DNA of 64,000 nt, from positions 1 through 64,000 of IMG/VR virus record IMGVR_UViG_3300025270_000009. One strand, given 5' to 3'. Shown piece by piece: positions 48,777-58,353 of the stretch (its first letter is position 1; every line of letters starts with the position of its first letter). Under the pieces are notes generated by a model. That model worked only from the letters and a program-made list of their open reading frames with translations, ran no database searches and was not told where the DNA came from. A program made the translations under genes and the position numbers. The stretch is from a virus (Duplodnaviria > Caudoviricetes).

Positions 48777-50378
48777 CTACTCATCTTCGAGTTGATCAGA
48801 CTCTTGACTTTCGTCATCTTGGTTCTGCTGATTAGGTAATGAAGATTTCACTTCCTCACCCAAACCAGAAGACTTTTCAAATTTCTCCAGGGCATCTTCC
48901 ATTTCATCGATTGCTTCCTGAAGTTCTTTGATTTCTTTCTGAGGTGCACCCTGATAAAGCTTATTAACAGCTCGCTTCAACTGATACTGTCGCAATTTAA
49001 GCGGTGTAGTAATCATTTCGTAGCGTGCTGACAGCTGAAGCTCATCTTGTGCACCAATAACATCGTAATTCTCCGGGTACTTAACCAGAGGCTCGTCGAT
49101 GTACTTCTCATCCCATTTATCGTGGTAGCGCAGAACAATCTCTATAAGCTTGTTTTCCGCCCACTCAAGGCTTTGACCTTTTGAAATAAGAAGAGAATTG
49201 ACGCGCTCAAAGTCGAACGCCTTAGCAACGCCGGATGAATTGTCGATACCCATAGCGTTATCTTGCTTGGTACGCTCACCGGCCATGCCAATGCAGTGAT
49301 AAATTTCATTGATGATCTGCTGAACCACGTCAGTGATCAGGCTTGCCTGTTTTGGATCTGGAGACAGGAACATCGGCTCTCCGCCTTCAGAGTCGTAAAG
49401 AAACACACGTTTGGTGCCGACTTCCTGCATCTTTTTTCGAGCTTCTTCATCGCCAGTTTCGTCATCAACACTCATGTGCTCCTGGAACAATGAGGATTGA
49501 GCCGGCATAGCGAGCTGAGAAAAGGTTTGGTCCTGGATGATTGCATCCAGGTTTGACAGGTAGTTGGCAACGGCGCGGTCGAGATAGGCAATATCATCAA
49601 TTAGCGACTGAGAAGAATACTCTTCATCCGAAATCTGATGATCAACCGGGAACACCGGAACAACGCCCAAGTTGTGAGAGCCTTCTTCGATAAGTCTCGA
49701 TGGATCTTTGGACGTCGACTTGGGTTCATCTATCGAGCCACCTAGCTCGAAAAGATACCAGTCCGTCTGAGTCCAGATTCGAATTCGATCAACTTCCTTT
49801 GTGTCACCAAAAGGATCGGAGTCATGTCGAGCTTTCTCAGCAAACATGATCCAAATAATGTTGCCGTCATCGTCGTAGGCAACGTCAAGCATATCCTGGG
49901 GTCTCTTCCAGTAGAAAAACGTCCGATAATCGGCACGCTTTTCATCTTCGACTGACTTAATTTCACCTAGAGCTTTCGTTGCATCAACAACTGCCCAAAT
50001 ACGGCCGTAGATGGATGACCCTTTCGAAAGTGTTGGCATCATTTTCTCGATAGACCAACCATTTCGACGAGAGCGACGCCAAAAGCGTTTAATTTCTTCA
50101 GGCGCGTCCTGTGAACGCACCACCTTGCCGCATCGCCAAACATATTTGTTGACGAGATCAACGACTTCTCTGGTGTGGTTGAATCGATAAGCCCGCTTCT
50201 TGCGCTCTTCAAATTCTGACTTAGACTCCTTCATGTATTTGAAGATGTGCTTGTCGAACCAAGCACGACCACCACGATACGTCTCATAGAGAAAATCCCA
50301 ATGAGGCTTCATGTCTTTGTATTGCGGATGTCGGCGTATCGCCAACTTATCGATCTTTTCTTTACTGAATCCAGTCAT
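48777..50378 (-). CDS. Portal protein
   Basis: HP.Y....W......Y.GG, HNLGVVP, SGVAK; follows the terminase. Confidence 0.88.
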   Translation of the reverse strand: MTGFSKEKIDKLAIRRHPQYKDMKPHWDFLYETYRGGRAWFDKHIFKYMKESKSEFEERKKRAYRFNHTREVVDLVNKYVWRCGKVVRSQDAPEEIKRFWRRSRRNGWSIEKMMPTLSKGSSIYGRIWAVVDATKALGEIKSVEDEKRADYRTFFYWKRPQDMLDVAYDDDGNIIWIMFAEKARHDSDPFGDTKEVDRIRIWTQTDWYLFELGGSIDEPKSTSKDPSRLIEEGSHNLGVVPVFPVDHQISDEEYSSQSLIDDIAYLDRAVANYLSNLDAIIQDQTFSQLAMPAQSSLFQEHMSVDDETGDEEARKKMQEVGTKRVFLYDSEGGEPMFLSPDPKQASLITDVVQQIINEIYHCIGMAGERTKQDNAMGIDNSSGVAKAFDFERVNSLLISKGQSLEWAENKLIEIVLRYHDKWDEKYIDEPLVKYPENYDVIGAQDELQLSARYEMITTPLKLRQYQLKRAVNKLYQGAPQKEIKELQEAIDEMEDALEKFEKSSGLGEEVKSSLPNQQNQDDESQESDQLEDE

Positions 50379-50432
50379 ATTGTTAATTCTACTATTGTTC
50401 CTAAGTATGTCAACGCTGAGATATAATAGTTC

Positions 50433-51713
50433 CTAAAGATTTGTCCCGAGAAGCTTAACTTTCTTAATTGGGAACTTGTATTCAATAGGATAACCAACAG
50501 CATCAGTTGCGTGCTCCACTCCGCCTCGCTTGTCGACTTCGGGGGCACCCTCTTTAAATATCGTCTGTTCAAATGACTTGATCGTTTTCTTGCAAGAACG
50601 ATCAATGAACAAACGAGCTTCGCCTTTTGCGTCAGAGAACATTCGGTTAACAGAGTTAATCCGGTCTGCGACAAGTGGCGCTTTCTTCTTGAAAATAATC
50701 TTCTTAAACCCGGCGTCGCGGAATATGTCAAAGCTTGTTTCACCACGAGCGTGCTGACGGTTATTGCCTGACGGGTCCGGGAAGATGCTGATTTTACTCT
50801 TGTGTCTCCAATACCGGCGCTCGAGTTCATTCGAAACATCGACTACTGAAGAGCGGTCGCGAATGATTTCATCGACAATCCAGACTTCGCCATTCTTCTG
50901 AGGCTGCATAACCACCGTTGACATTGGGTCAACGTTAAAGTCCTGGCCGACCCAAATTGGAAGGTCAGGGTTGAACTTGTAGTCCCCAACGTGCTTCTTG
51001 CGATCAAACGAGTGATAGACACGGCCTGATACAGACTCGAACGATGCTTCAAATTCCTGTCTGAACGTTTTGTCGTCCATATCCTGCTTCGCCTGTTCAA
51101 TCTCAGACGGCGGTATGAACGGACTCGATATTGTTGGAAACTGCCAACTTTGCCATTCAGGGTTATCTGACTGGCCATTAGTGTAAAGTTCATAAAGCAA
51201 GTTGTAAGATTTTGGTGTGCCTATCATCATGGCATCACCACCGGAGTCTACCAGTGTCGGACGAATTGCTTCGTACCAAACTTCCGGGGACATATCCTGG
51301 ATCTCATCGAGTACGGCGTATTGAAGTGATACACCACGCAAAGAGTCAGGATTGTCTGCTGATTTACACTGTATGATTGATCCGTTTTTCAGGATCAATC
51401 TCATTTCAGCTTCGTTTTTCTTTTTAACCCACTGTTTAGGGACTGACTTAACCAAGCTCATCCACATGATTTGCTTGGCCATTTGGAAAGATGGAGCTAT
51501 GTACCACACCATCTTGCCTTTATTTTTGGCCGCAAACTCTATCATTTGCGACTTGGCTAACTCAGTTTTACCCCAACGGCGACCTGCAACAACAACCTTA
51601 AAACGGGCTCGCGTATTGCGAACCTCCATCTGTTTAGGATGTAGCTTGGTTACCTGTCTGTTTCTCTGCCGGCTCGACCTGGTAACTCGGCCAGCTCTTG
51701 CTAGCTGGCTCAT
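50433..51713 (-). CDS. terL: Terminase large subunit
   Basis: AGRRWGKT, LRG, VLDE, GTP, QEFEASF, GQDFNVDP, HATDAVGY. Confidence 0.95.
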   Translation of the reverse strand: MSQLARAGRVTRSSRQRNRQVTKLHPKQMEVRNTRARFKVVVAGRRWGKTELAKSQMIEFAAKNKGKMVWYIAPSFQMAKQIMWMSLVKSVPKQWVKKKNEAEMRLILKNGSIIQCKSADNPDSLRGVSLQYAVLDEIQDMSPEVWYEAIRPTLVDSGGDAMMIGTPKSYNLLYELYTNGQSDNPEWQSWQFPTISSPFIPPSEIEQAKQDMDDKTFRQEFEASFESVSGRVYHSFDRKKHVGDYKFNPDLPIWVGQDFNVDPMSTVVMQPQKNGEVWIVDEIIRDRSSVVDVSNELERRYWRHKSKISIFPDPSGNNRQHARGETSFDIFRDAGFKKIIFKKKAPLVADRINSVNRMFSDAKGEARLFIDRSCKKTIKSFEQTIFKEGAPEVDKRGGVEHATDAVGYPIEYKFPIKKVKLLGTNL

Positions 51714-52321
51714 CAGTCACCATCCTCGTCAATGTCTTCAACGTCAGCATCAACTACTTCGCCACGGCTTTCCCGGTATTGAAGCTCCTGCTGTCTTCTT
51801 ATCTGGCCAATGTCATCTTCAGACATTTCACCAACCAACAGATCCGGTAGATCGTCGTCTTCCGTCTGGTCTTCACCAAAGAACTTGCTTGCAACATCCT
51901 GTATCGTTCTGAAAGACAGCGCCAAGCCTTGTAGAGCTTTTACGTCATCGCCAAGCAAAGCCAGAGAAGTAGCCTTCTCACCCTGATTCTTTTTAAGAAT
52001 TCTTAGGTGAGAATTGACAAGCATTTGCAGCGCTGCGTGCTGCTGCATATCCCACTTCTCCAGGCGATCCTTTTTGATGCGCTCTTCTTCAGAAAGCTCT
52101 TCTTGCTCTTCCTGTTCTAGACGGCTCATTAGGCTTTCTTCGATGCGCTTTTTTAAAACGCCCTTCTCCCAACCATTCCGGCGAATGATCGAGTAAACTG
52201 TGTCACGTTTCAGATTCAGCGTTTCCGCAATATCATCGACGGTATGCTCACCTTCCTCCCACATGGATTTGATAGCATACTTGTCACCGGTCATGACTTT
52301 TGTGCGTGTTTTACTTGGCAT
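51713..52321 (-). CDS. terS: Terminase small subunit
   Basis: N-terminal HTH; coupled to terL. Confidence 0.75.
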   Translation of the reverse strand: MPSKTRTKVMTGDKYAIKSMWEEGEHTVDDIAETLNLKRDTVYSIIRRNGWEKGVLKKRIEESLMSRLEQEEQEELSEEERIKKDRLEKWDMQQHAALQMLVNSHLRILKKNQGEKATSLALLGDDVKALQGLALSFRTIQDVASKFFGEDQTEDDDLPDLLVGEMSEDDIGQIRRQQELQYRESRGEVVDADVEDIDEDGD

Positions 52322-52535
52322 TCAAAAACCCTAAAAATCGTTATCCCTAGAAACAAGTGCCTACTCTAAAGCTCTTGATATCCGGGGCTTAGAGAGATAT
52401 CCGGACTTGAGTTTTCAATTTTTAGGGTCAAAACGTGTCTCTCTATATATATATTTATACTTTTTACTAATTATTTATTTATATATTTATAAACAAACGA
52501 AAAACCCGGATTGACCCTAAAAACTCTGCCTAAAA

Positions 52536-52799
52536 TTAACTCAAGTACAAACTACCTTTGTCAGTGATAACCCATAAACACCGGCTAGCACCTCTACGTT
52601 TCTGATACCCGGATTTCTTAATCAAACCTTTTTCCTTTAAACTCCGGAGTGAAAACTGGATAGCCGGTTTAGTCACTTCGTAAGGAACTTTCTTAATGAT
52701 CTGGTCCAGGTCCATGTGGCGTCCGGGGTGCTCTTTTTCGTAACTACCACCGGCTACCAATGTTTTTAGAATCATTCGCTGTTTTTTCGTTAAATTCAT
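52536..52799 (-). CDS. Winged-helix DNA-binding protein
   Basis: LTKKQRMIL...SLRSLKEKGLI...ITDKG, a MarR-like pattern. Confidence 0.7.
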   Translation of the reverse strand: MNLTKKQRMILKTLVAGGSYEKEHPGRHMDLDQIIKKVPYEVTKPAIQFSLRSLKEKGLIKKSGYQKRRGASRCLWVITDKGSLYLS

Positions 52800-52884
52800 A
52801 AAACGCTCTCAAATCGTTTCTAAGCGGTTAAAATGTCTTACCCTTTACAATGTGATATCTCAGCATTGAAATACTTATATGAGC

Positions 52885-53766
52885 TCAGTCAGCTTCGAGA
52901 TCGTGCATCGACAGGGGGTCATTCAGCCCTTGTTTGTCAAATTCTCGAAGCTTTAGCTGTTTTGGCAGCTCTCGACCGTAGTCTGGATTTGTGTAAACAC
53001 CATAAAGCAGTTGTGTGTGAATCAACTGATTGCAGTTTTTCAAAAGCTGCTTGTCGGTGTACTTGTCAGCCAGAGAATCTATCTTCTTGCCTAAATTCAC
53101 ACCCGTTTTGTCTTTGGTTGTGAACTTCCAATAGAACTCTTCAAAGTCCTGCCTAAGCATTTTCTTGATAGGCCCCGGCTTTGACTGCCACTCTTCATAG
53201 ACCGCAACCCAGTCGTAAATGTTGCAATCAAAACGCTGAGACAAAAATTCAATGCCGGCTTCATAGGCAAAAGAACGACTCGGAGGTGCATAAACGAATC
53301 CCGATTTTTTGGCAAACGGGTTAAATCGCATCATTGCCGATGTAATCTCGATGTATTTACGCCCGGTCATGCGGCACGCTAAGTTCACCATGCGGTATGA
53401 GACGCCGGCTCCTCGAAAAATCGGGCTTGTCACTATGCGTGACGCACGTAAGAAGTTTTCATTGAGGAATTTAGCTCTCACTTGATTTGACGTTTTGGTC
53501 TCGGTACCCGTTGGCTTCAGTCTCGGAAACATTACATGACGCTCTTTCAAGAGCATCTGAGGGGTCGAGAAAACGATCACTCCGATCAATTCATCGCGCA
53601 ACATACAACGATACATTGAGTGACGCGGCGGCATCGACTCGGCTTTGTAATGCAAGTGGTGCAACTTGTCCCAGTCTTCCAATGTAGCCGGCTCGACAAC
53701 CATTTCATCTAAAAGTGAAAGTGCCGGGGAATCCGGCACGTTATTTTCAATGACTTCTGGATTCAT
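52885..53766 (-). CDS. GNAT-like acetyltransferase (ABC-ATPase associated)
   Basis: HHLHY, SRIVTSPIFRGAGV acetyl-CoA motif A, MMRFNPFAKKSGF. Confidence 0.78.
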   Translation of the reverse strand: MNPEVIENNVPDSPALSLLDEMVVEPATLEDWDKLHHLHYKAESMPPRHSMYRCMLRDELIGVIVFSTPQMLLKERHVMFPRLKPTGTETKTSNQVRAKFLNENFLRASRIVTSPIFRGAGVSYRMVNLACRMTGRKYIEITSAMMRFNPFAKKSGFVYAPPSRSFAYEAGIEFLSQRFDCNIYDWVAVYEEWQSKPGPIKKMLRQDFEEFYWKFTTKDKTGVNLGKKIDSLADKYTDKQLLKNCNQLIHTQLLYGVYTNPDYGRELPKQLKLREFDKQGLNDPLSMHDLEAD

Positions 53767-54437
53767 CAGTAGACCTCCAGCTCGGCCGGGTCGGTTACCA
53801 ACATTTTCTTCTCATGGGCGTACTTCTTAATAATCGTCTTATTAGCGCCCAGGTCACGCTGCAGGTCGCGATGAGTGGTTGCGGCCACTACTGCAATTTT
53901 GTGCTTCAATGAGACATTCCAGATGTGCCTGGCAAGCACTTTTGCAGTCTCTCTGTCCAAAATTGCACCAAATTCGTCGCAAATAATGACATCGACGTTC
54001 TTCTCAAGCAGCTTTGCAATTCGCAAACGGTATTTCTGACCGTCCGACAGCTGATTAGGCTTTCGGATGAATAGGTGTGCATCGTTCAAACCCGCCATGT
54101 TCAAAAGTTCGATAGCGTGATTGGTCGTCTCACCTAACTGGTCGACAAGCGGCTTATCTTCAATATCGACTTCGTCCAGATCACCAACTTTGAGACCGGC
54201 GTCGATGTAGTCTTGCTTCATCTGACGCAAAAGCTGAGTTTTTCCAGAGCCGGATTGCCCGGTTACATAGATACGCTCGCCTTTTTCAGTCTCAAAGTTA
54301 AAGTCTTCGTAGACAGTAAACGTGCTGTCCGCCATATCCATGCCGAACGCTTCACAGGCTTCAATAACCCGATCAGTCCGTTCGACCGAGATCGGGAATT
54401 TAATGTTAATGCTATGCTGAATGGGAAAATTAGACAT
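53766..54437 (-). CDS. Soluble ABC-family ATPase
   Basis: GQSGSGKT, LSDGQ, CDEF, TTH; likely start MSNF at 54437 with GGAG RBS. Confidence 0.88.
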   Translation of the reverse strand: MSNFPIQHSINIKFPISVERTDRVIEACEAFGMDMADSTFTVYEDFNFETEKGERIYVTGQSGSGKTQLLRQMKQDYIDAGLKVGDLDEVDIEDKPLVDQLGETTNHAIELLNMAGLNDAHLFIRKPNQLSDGQKYRLRIAKLLEKNVDVIICDEFGAILDRETAKVLARHIWNVSLKHKIAVVAATTHRDLQRDLGANKTIIKKYAHEKKMLVTDPAELEVY

Positions 54438-55131
54438 TGGCACTCTCCAACAACGCAACAAAGGCCTCTGAACGTTGCTCGTCAGTGGCTTTAACCGGGT
54501 CATGGCCAAGCTCGTCTAGCTTAATGGCCATAAACTCACGTAATTTTCGTGCGTGTTTTTGAGTGACCGTCTTAAAGCCGACCGTTTTAGTCAGTGCAAC
54601 CGTCTGATCGCCCTCGTCTTCAACTTCATCATCTTCGATCCCGGGATCTACCTCAGTCTCGTCTTCAATGTCATCCAGAGGCACTTCCATTTCACCTAAA
54701 TCTTCAGTGAAAAGCTCCAAGTCACGAACTGAAAAGCCGGTCATTGCCGCCAAATCTTCTTCGCTAATGTCCTCATCAAGCTCTTTCATGATGACGTTCA
54801 TTTCGAGCTTTTCCATTTCCGCATCGTACTCGGTCGATGTGGTTCGGTTCGCTGCCAGGCGTAAGCGACGCATTTGCGCTTTACTCAGGTCATCACGAAC
54901 GTAGACAGGTATCTTTTTCCAGCCTAGCTTGTTTCTGCAGGTCATCCATCGACCGTGACCGCTGATTATAGTGCCGTCAGGCTCGATATGAGGGTATTGC
55001 TCAAGCCCCTGGTCTTGAATTGACGCGGCGAGGCGCTCAAGGTGTTCATCCGGGTGCTTTTTGGGATTGTTTTCGTATGGCTTGAGATCATCAATATCAA
55101 CAAGCTTCGGCTCTAAGATTACTTTATCCAT
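54430..55131 (-). CDS. ParB/Srx N-terminal domain protein
   Basis: LKPYENNPK.H, IISGHGR, RLAANR. Confidence 0.88.
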   Translation of the reverse strand: MDKVILEPKLVDIDDLKPYENNPKKHPDEHLERLAASIQDQGLEQYPHIEPDGTIISGHGRWMTCRNKLGWKKIPVYVRDDLSKAQMRRLRLAANRTTSTEYDAEMEKLEMNVIMKELDEDISEEDLAAMTGFSVRDLELFTEDLGEMEVPLDDIEDETEVDPGIEDDEVEDEGDQTVALTKTVGFKTVTQKHARKLREFMAIKLDELGHDPVKATDEQRSEAFVALLESANV

Positions 55132-55780
55132 CGTGGTTCTCCAGGTACTCTCTCATGCACTCAGCCAAAGCTTCACCCCGGTTAATGGCATTATCGGAGT
55201 CGTCAAGCTCTAGCATATCGACGATTTTGTTCAGGTCGCGCTCAAAGTCTTCGTGAAAATCAATGCTCACTCGAACACGAACAGGCTTGTATAGCTTCAG
55301 ATCGGTGGTTGTGTCTTTGCGATCAACTTCTGGCGGTGTCTCGTCGATGTCGTCCAGGTCATCAAGCGAAACGTCTGTAGCCCCCATAATCTCTTTCAGC
55401 TCGTCTTCATCGATTGGTAGAGTTTCTACCGCAACATCTTCAAGTTCACGAAGCAGTTCGTTCAGGGCGTACTGGTCGTCATAACCATAGCGTGAGTTAT
55501 CAGCAATAGTGATTTGCTTAGCACGCTCGTCTGAGATATTTCCCAAGTTAATGTACGGCGCTTCTTTACCGCGCTGGATGTAGTACTCACGACGATGGGC
55601 GCCGCCGAGAATTTCATGCGTACCGTCTTCTAACTCCCGGACTAGCAACGGTTTGAACTCGCCTTCGTCCATTGAAGCGAACAGCTTTTGTTCGTTCTCT
55701 GCACTCATCTGGTTCGGGTTCCAGTCGTTCGGAATGAGCTCTGACGGGTCCCCGTATTGGATAATTAGTTTGTCACTCAT
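55124..55780 (-). CDS. ParB/Srx N-terminal domain protein
   Basis: PNDWNPN, EILGGAHR, TIADN. Confidence 0.85.
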   Translation of the reverse strand: MSDKLIIQYGDPSELIPNDWNPNQMSAENEQKLFASMDEGEFKPLLVRELEDGTHEILGGAHRREYYIQRGKEAPYINLGNISDERAKQITIADNSRYGYDDQYALNELLRELEDVAVETLPIDEDELKEIMGATDVSLDDLDDIDETPPEVDRKDTTTDLKLYKPVRVRVSIDFHEDFERDLNKIVDMLELDDSDNAINRGEALAECMREYLENHDG

Positions 55781-55859
55781 TTGACCGCCTCAAAGTATAA
55801 GTATAAGATTCATGTATCTCAATTATGACATACATTTTCCAAATATATAAGGAATCGAT

Positions 55860-57545
55860 ATGAGTGAAAGAGTCGTAATAGGCTCGGGAGCCGTCAAAGC
55901 CCAGGTCTTCGAGGGCTCGCGTGACGTTGAGCGCATCATAAATAAAGCGCTCAGCTACCACGTCTACGGCAGTGAGCACATGAACGAAAAAGGGGCTGCA
56001 ACGGGATGGGACGGCATGAGCAGCTTTTACTCGTTCAGGAAGAAACAGTTTCCGGCCGGTTTTGCACGCTCGGTTGTGACGTCTTTGCGCAAGAAGGGTT
56101 ACAACGTTATATGGAAGCAACGCCAAGCACCGGAGCCACTGGGCCCACTAAAACCGAAAGTAGATGACTTTCCGGAAGATCCACGTTACAGCTATCAACC
56201 TGAAACGGTCAATCGCCTGGTGAAGTACCAAAAAATCATTGCGAAAGCAGCAACCGGCGCTGGCAAGTCACGTATAGCACGTTTAGCGCATAAGCGCATC
56301 GGCAGAAAGACATTATTTCTAACGACTCGCGGCATTTTGATGCACCAGATGAAAGAAGGCTATGAAGAGTCCATCGGTGAAAAAGCGGGAATTGTTGGTG
56401 ACGGCGAATGGGACGAAGTCAACGGCTTTAACGTTGGCATGGTGCAAACACTCGCTCAAGCACTGGAGCCGGCTGACCTCAAGAAAGAAACTGAGCGCTA
56501 CTTCTCCAATAAAGAAGCCGAGCTCGACCGCGATGTTGAGCGAATCAAACGAGCTCGCAAGCGTCAGGGTTTTGCGCTTGGCAAAATCATGGACGAGATT
56601 GCTGACTATCGTGATAAATTCAATGAATCGCAACCAAGCTCTGAAGAAATAGAGAAAATAGTGCGTAAGCGCTATGAGCGCCAAAAAGAGCGTAATGAAA
56701 AAGCGCTCAAGTTCTTAGAGACCGTCGACCTTCTCATCTTAGAGGAGGCGCACGAAACCGGGTCTGATAGCTATTACAAGGTTTGCAATGCGTGTAAAAA
56801 CGCCATGTACCGCTTGGCACTAACCGGTACCGCCTTTCAGAAGTCTCAGGCAGAGGATAATATGCGCCTCATGGCCGTCAGCGGCCCAATTGGCATTATC
56901 ATCAGCGAAAAACTGCTTATTGACCGGGGCATTTTGGCCACACCGAAGTTTATGTTCCGTGATGTTACGGCGCCGACCAAGCTTTACCGCTCGACGGGTT
57001 ACCAACGAGCTTACAAATTCGGCATTGTCGAGAACCAGTTGCGCAATGAAGATGCGGTTATGCACGCCACACACCTCTCATCGTTCGGTCTGACCTCGAT
57101 GATGCTTGTTGGCCAGAAGAATCACGGTAAGATCTTAAAGTCGATGCTTGAAGACGCCGGATTAAGGGCTGAGTTTATCCTGGGCGAAAACAGCCAGAAA
57201 CAACGCCAGGCTGCGCTCAATAAACTTGGCCAGGGCAAAATCGATGTATTGATTGGCACGACTATTCTGGATGTCGGTGTTGATGTTCCCAGTGTCGGCG
57301 CCGTCTTTCTTCTCGGTGGCGGTAAAGACGAGGTCAGTCACAGACAGCGTATTGGTCGTGGACTGCGAGCCAAGAAGTCAGGGCCCAACATTTGCTTTGT
57401 GTTTGACTATCTCGACCGCAAGAACAAACACCTCAAAGAGCACGCGGCCACACGCCTTAAAATCATTAAGGATACGCCAGGCTTCAGAGAGAACATTGTC
57501 GAAAACCTTGAGCCTGAAAAGTTTGGCTTTGAGAGGGCTGCGTAA
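55860..57545 (+). CDS. Superfamily 2 helicase
   Basis: ATGAGKS, EEAH, LTGT, DVGVDVP, QRIGRGLR. Confidence 0.92.
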   Translation: MSERVVIGSGAVKAQVFEGSRDVERIINKALSYHVYGSEHMNEKGAATGWDGMSSFYSFRKKQFPAGFARSVVTSLRKKGYNVIWKQRQAPEPLGPLKPKVDDFPEDPRYSYQPETVNRLVKYQKIIAKAATGAGKSRIARLAHKRIGRKTLFLTTRGILMHQMKEGYEESIGEKAGIVGDGEWDEVNGFNVGMVQTLAQALEPADLKKETERYFSNKEAELDRDVERIKRARKRQGFALGKIMDEIADYRDKFNESQPSSEEIEKIVRKRYERQKERNEKALKFLETVDLLILEEAHETGSDSYYKVCNACKNAMYRLALTGTAFQKSQAEDNMRLMAVSGPIGIIISEKLLIDRGILATPKFMFRDVTAPTKLYRSTGYQRAYKFGIVENQLRNEDAVMHATHLSSFGLTSMMLVGQKNHGKILKSMLEDAGLRAEFILGENSQKQRQAALNKLGQGKIDVLIGTTILDVGVDVPSVGAVFLLGGGKDEVSHRQRIGRGLRAKKSGPNICFVFDYLDRKNKHLKEHAATRLKIIKDTPGFRENIVENLEPEKFGFERAA

Positions 57546-58090
57546 TGGCTCTCAGATTTGGCAAAACAAAGAAAATCGACCTGAGCAAGCTGACAGCGAG
57601 AGAAATCACCTCTCGCTTTCACACCATTATCGGCCAAAAACACTACGAGTCGTGCTATCCAAACGTTGTTCTCGACGAATGGGGTGAGCTCGATATCCTG
57701 GCTTTTCGAAAGTCAGGTTTTGCTGATGAGTTTGAGGTGAAAATAAGCCGCTCCGACTTCAAGCAGGACTTCAAAAAGACCTGCCATTTCGAAAGGCGTG
57801 GAGACGACACGCGCAGAAAGCACAGAAACCCGGTTCGCGACAAACACGGCTGTCTTGAGGCCGGAGACTGTCTGCCCAACTATTTCTGGTTTGTGACTCC
57901 CAAGGGGCTCTTAAAACCCGAAGAGATTCCGGAATACGCCGGTCTTATCGAAGTCAGTGAGCTCGGCATCCCACACTTCATAAAGTCGGCGCCGAGACTG
58001 CACAGGCACAAGCTCGACCCGGAGAGACGGTACTACATTGCTCGAAAACTAAGCTTTCGGTACTGGGATATGATAAAAAAGAGTTTTTAG
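57545..58090 (+). CDS. MmcB-like PD-(D/E)XK nuclease
   Basis: ELD...EFEVKISRSDFKQD, NYFWFVTP, PEYAGL. Confidence 0.72.
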   Translation: MALRFGKTKKIDLSKLTAREITSRFHTIIGQKHYESCYPNVVLDEWGELDILAFRKSGFADEFEVKISRSDFKQDFKKTCHFERRGDDTRRKHRNPVRDKHGCLEAGDCLPNYFWFVTPKGLLKPEEIPEYAGLIEVSELGIPHFIKSAPRLHRHKLDPERRYYIARKLSFRYWDMIKKSF

Positions 58091-58128
58091 GGGTTTACAC
58101 GGTATCTAAATGCTGAGATACTATTTCC

Positions 58129-58282
58129 AGTTCAACAACATGACGACCTGTTGAGCCATTTGAATTCTCCACAATTCAGACGTATTACCAAGTCCTTTTG
58201 GTTAATTTTAAATCAGAGCCTTGCTTTGTGCACCGCGCACACTAGCTGAATGAAGCCCCTTTCGCCATGAGGGGCTTTTTTT
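58129..58282 (+). ncRNA. Candidate small regulatory RNA
   Basis: Putative promoter TTTACA-17-(TGA)GATACT at 58094-58122, several short hairpins, no long ORF, ends in an intrinsic terminator. Confidence 0.5.
58253..58282 (+). terminator. Rho-independent terminator
   Basis: AAGCCCCT...AGGGGCTT followed by a T run. Confidence 0.8.
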
Positions 58283-58353
58283 ATTGCTGTCTATTGACCC
58301 CCTATCTATTTCATTTAGCATTGTCCGTGAATTCACAGAAACGGACTAACTGT

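Noticed and set aside
53766-54509. ABC transporter
   Set aside because: No permease or substrate-binding protein; the ATPase is coupled to GNAT and ParB-domain genes.
867-57879. Numerous antisense or alternate-frame ORFs in the track (e.g. 1843-2277, 11538-12224, 46150-46575, 51352-51912)
   Set aside because: They are shadows of well-supported genes, with Ser-rich or low-complexity translations and no recognisable motifs.
58129-58282. tRNA gene
   Set aside because: No T-loop GTTCRA or cloverleaf could be identified here or elsewhere by eye; a tRNAscan-SE run would be needed to exclude tRNAs formally.
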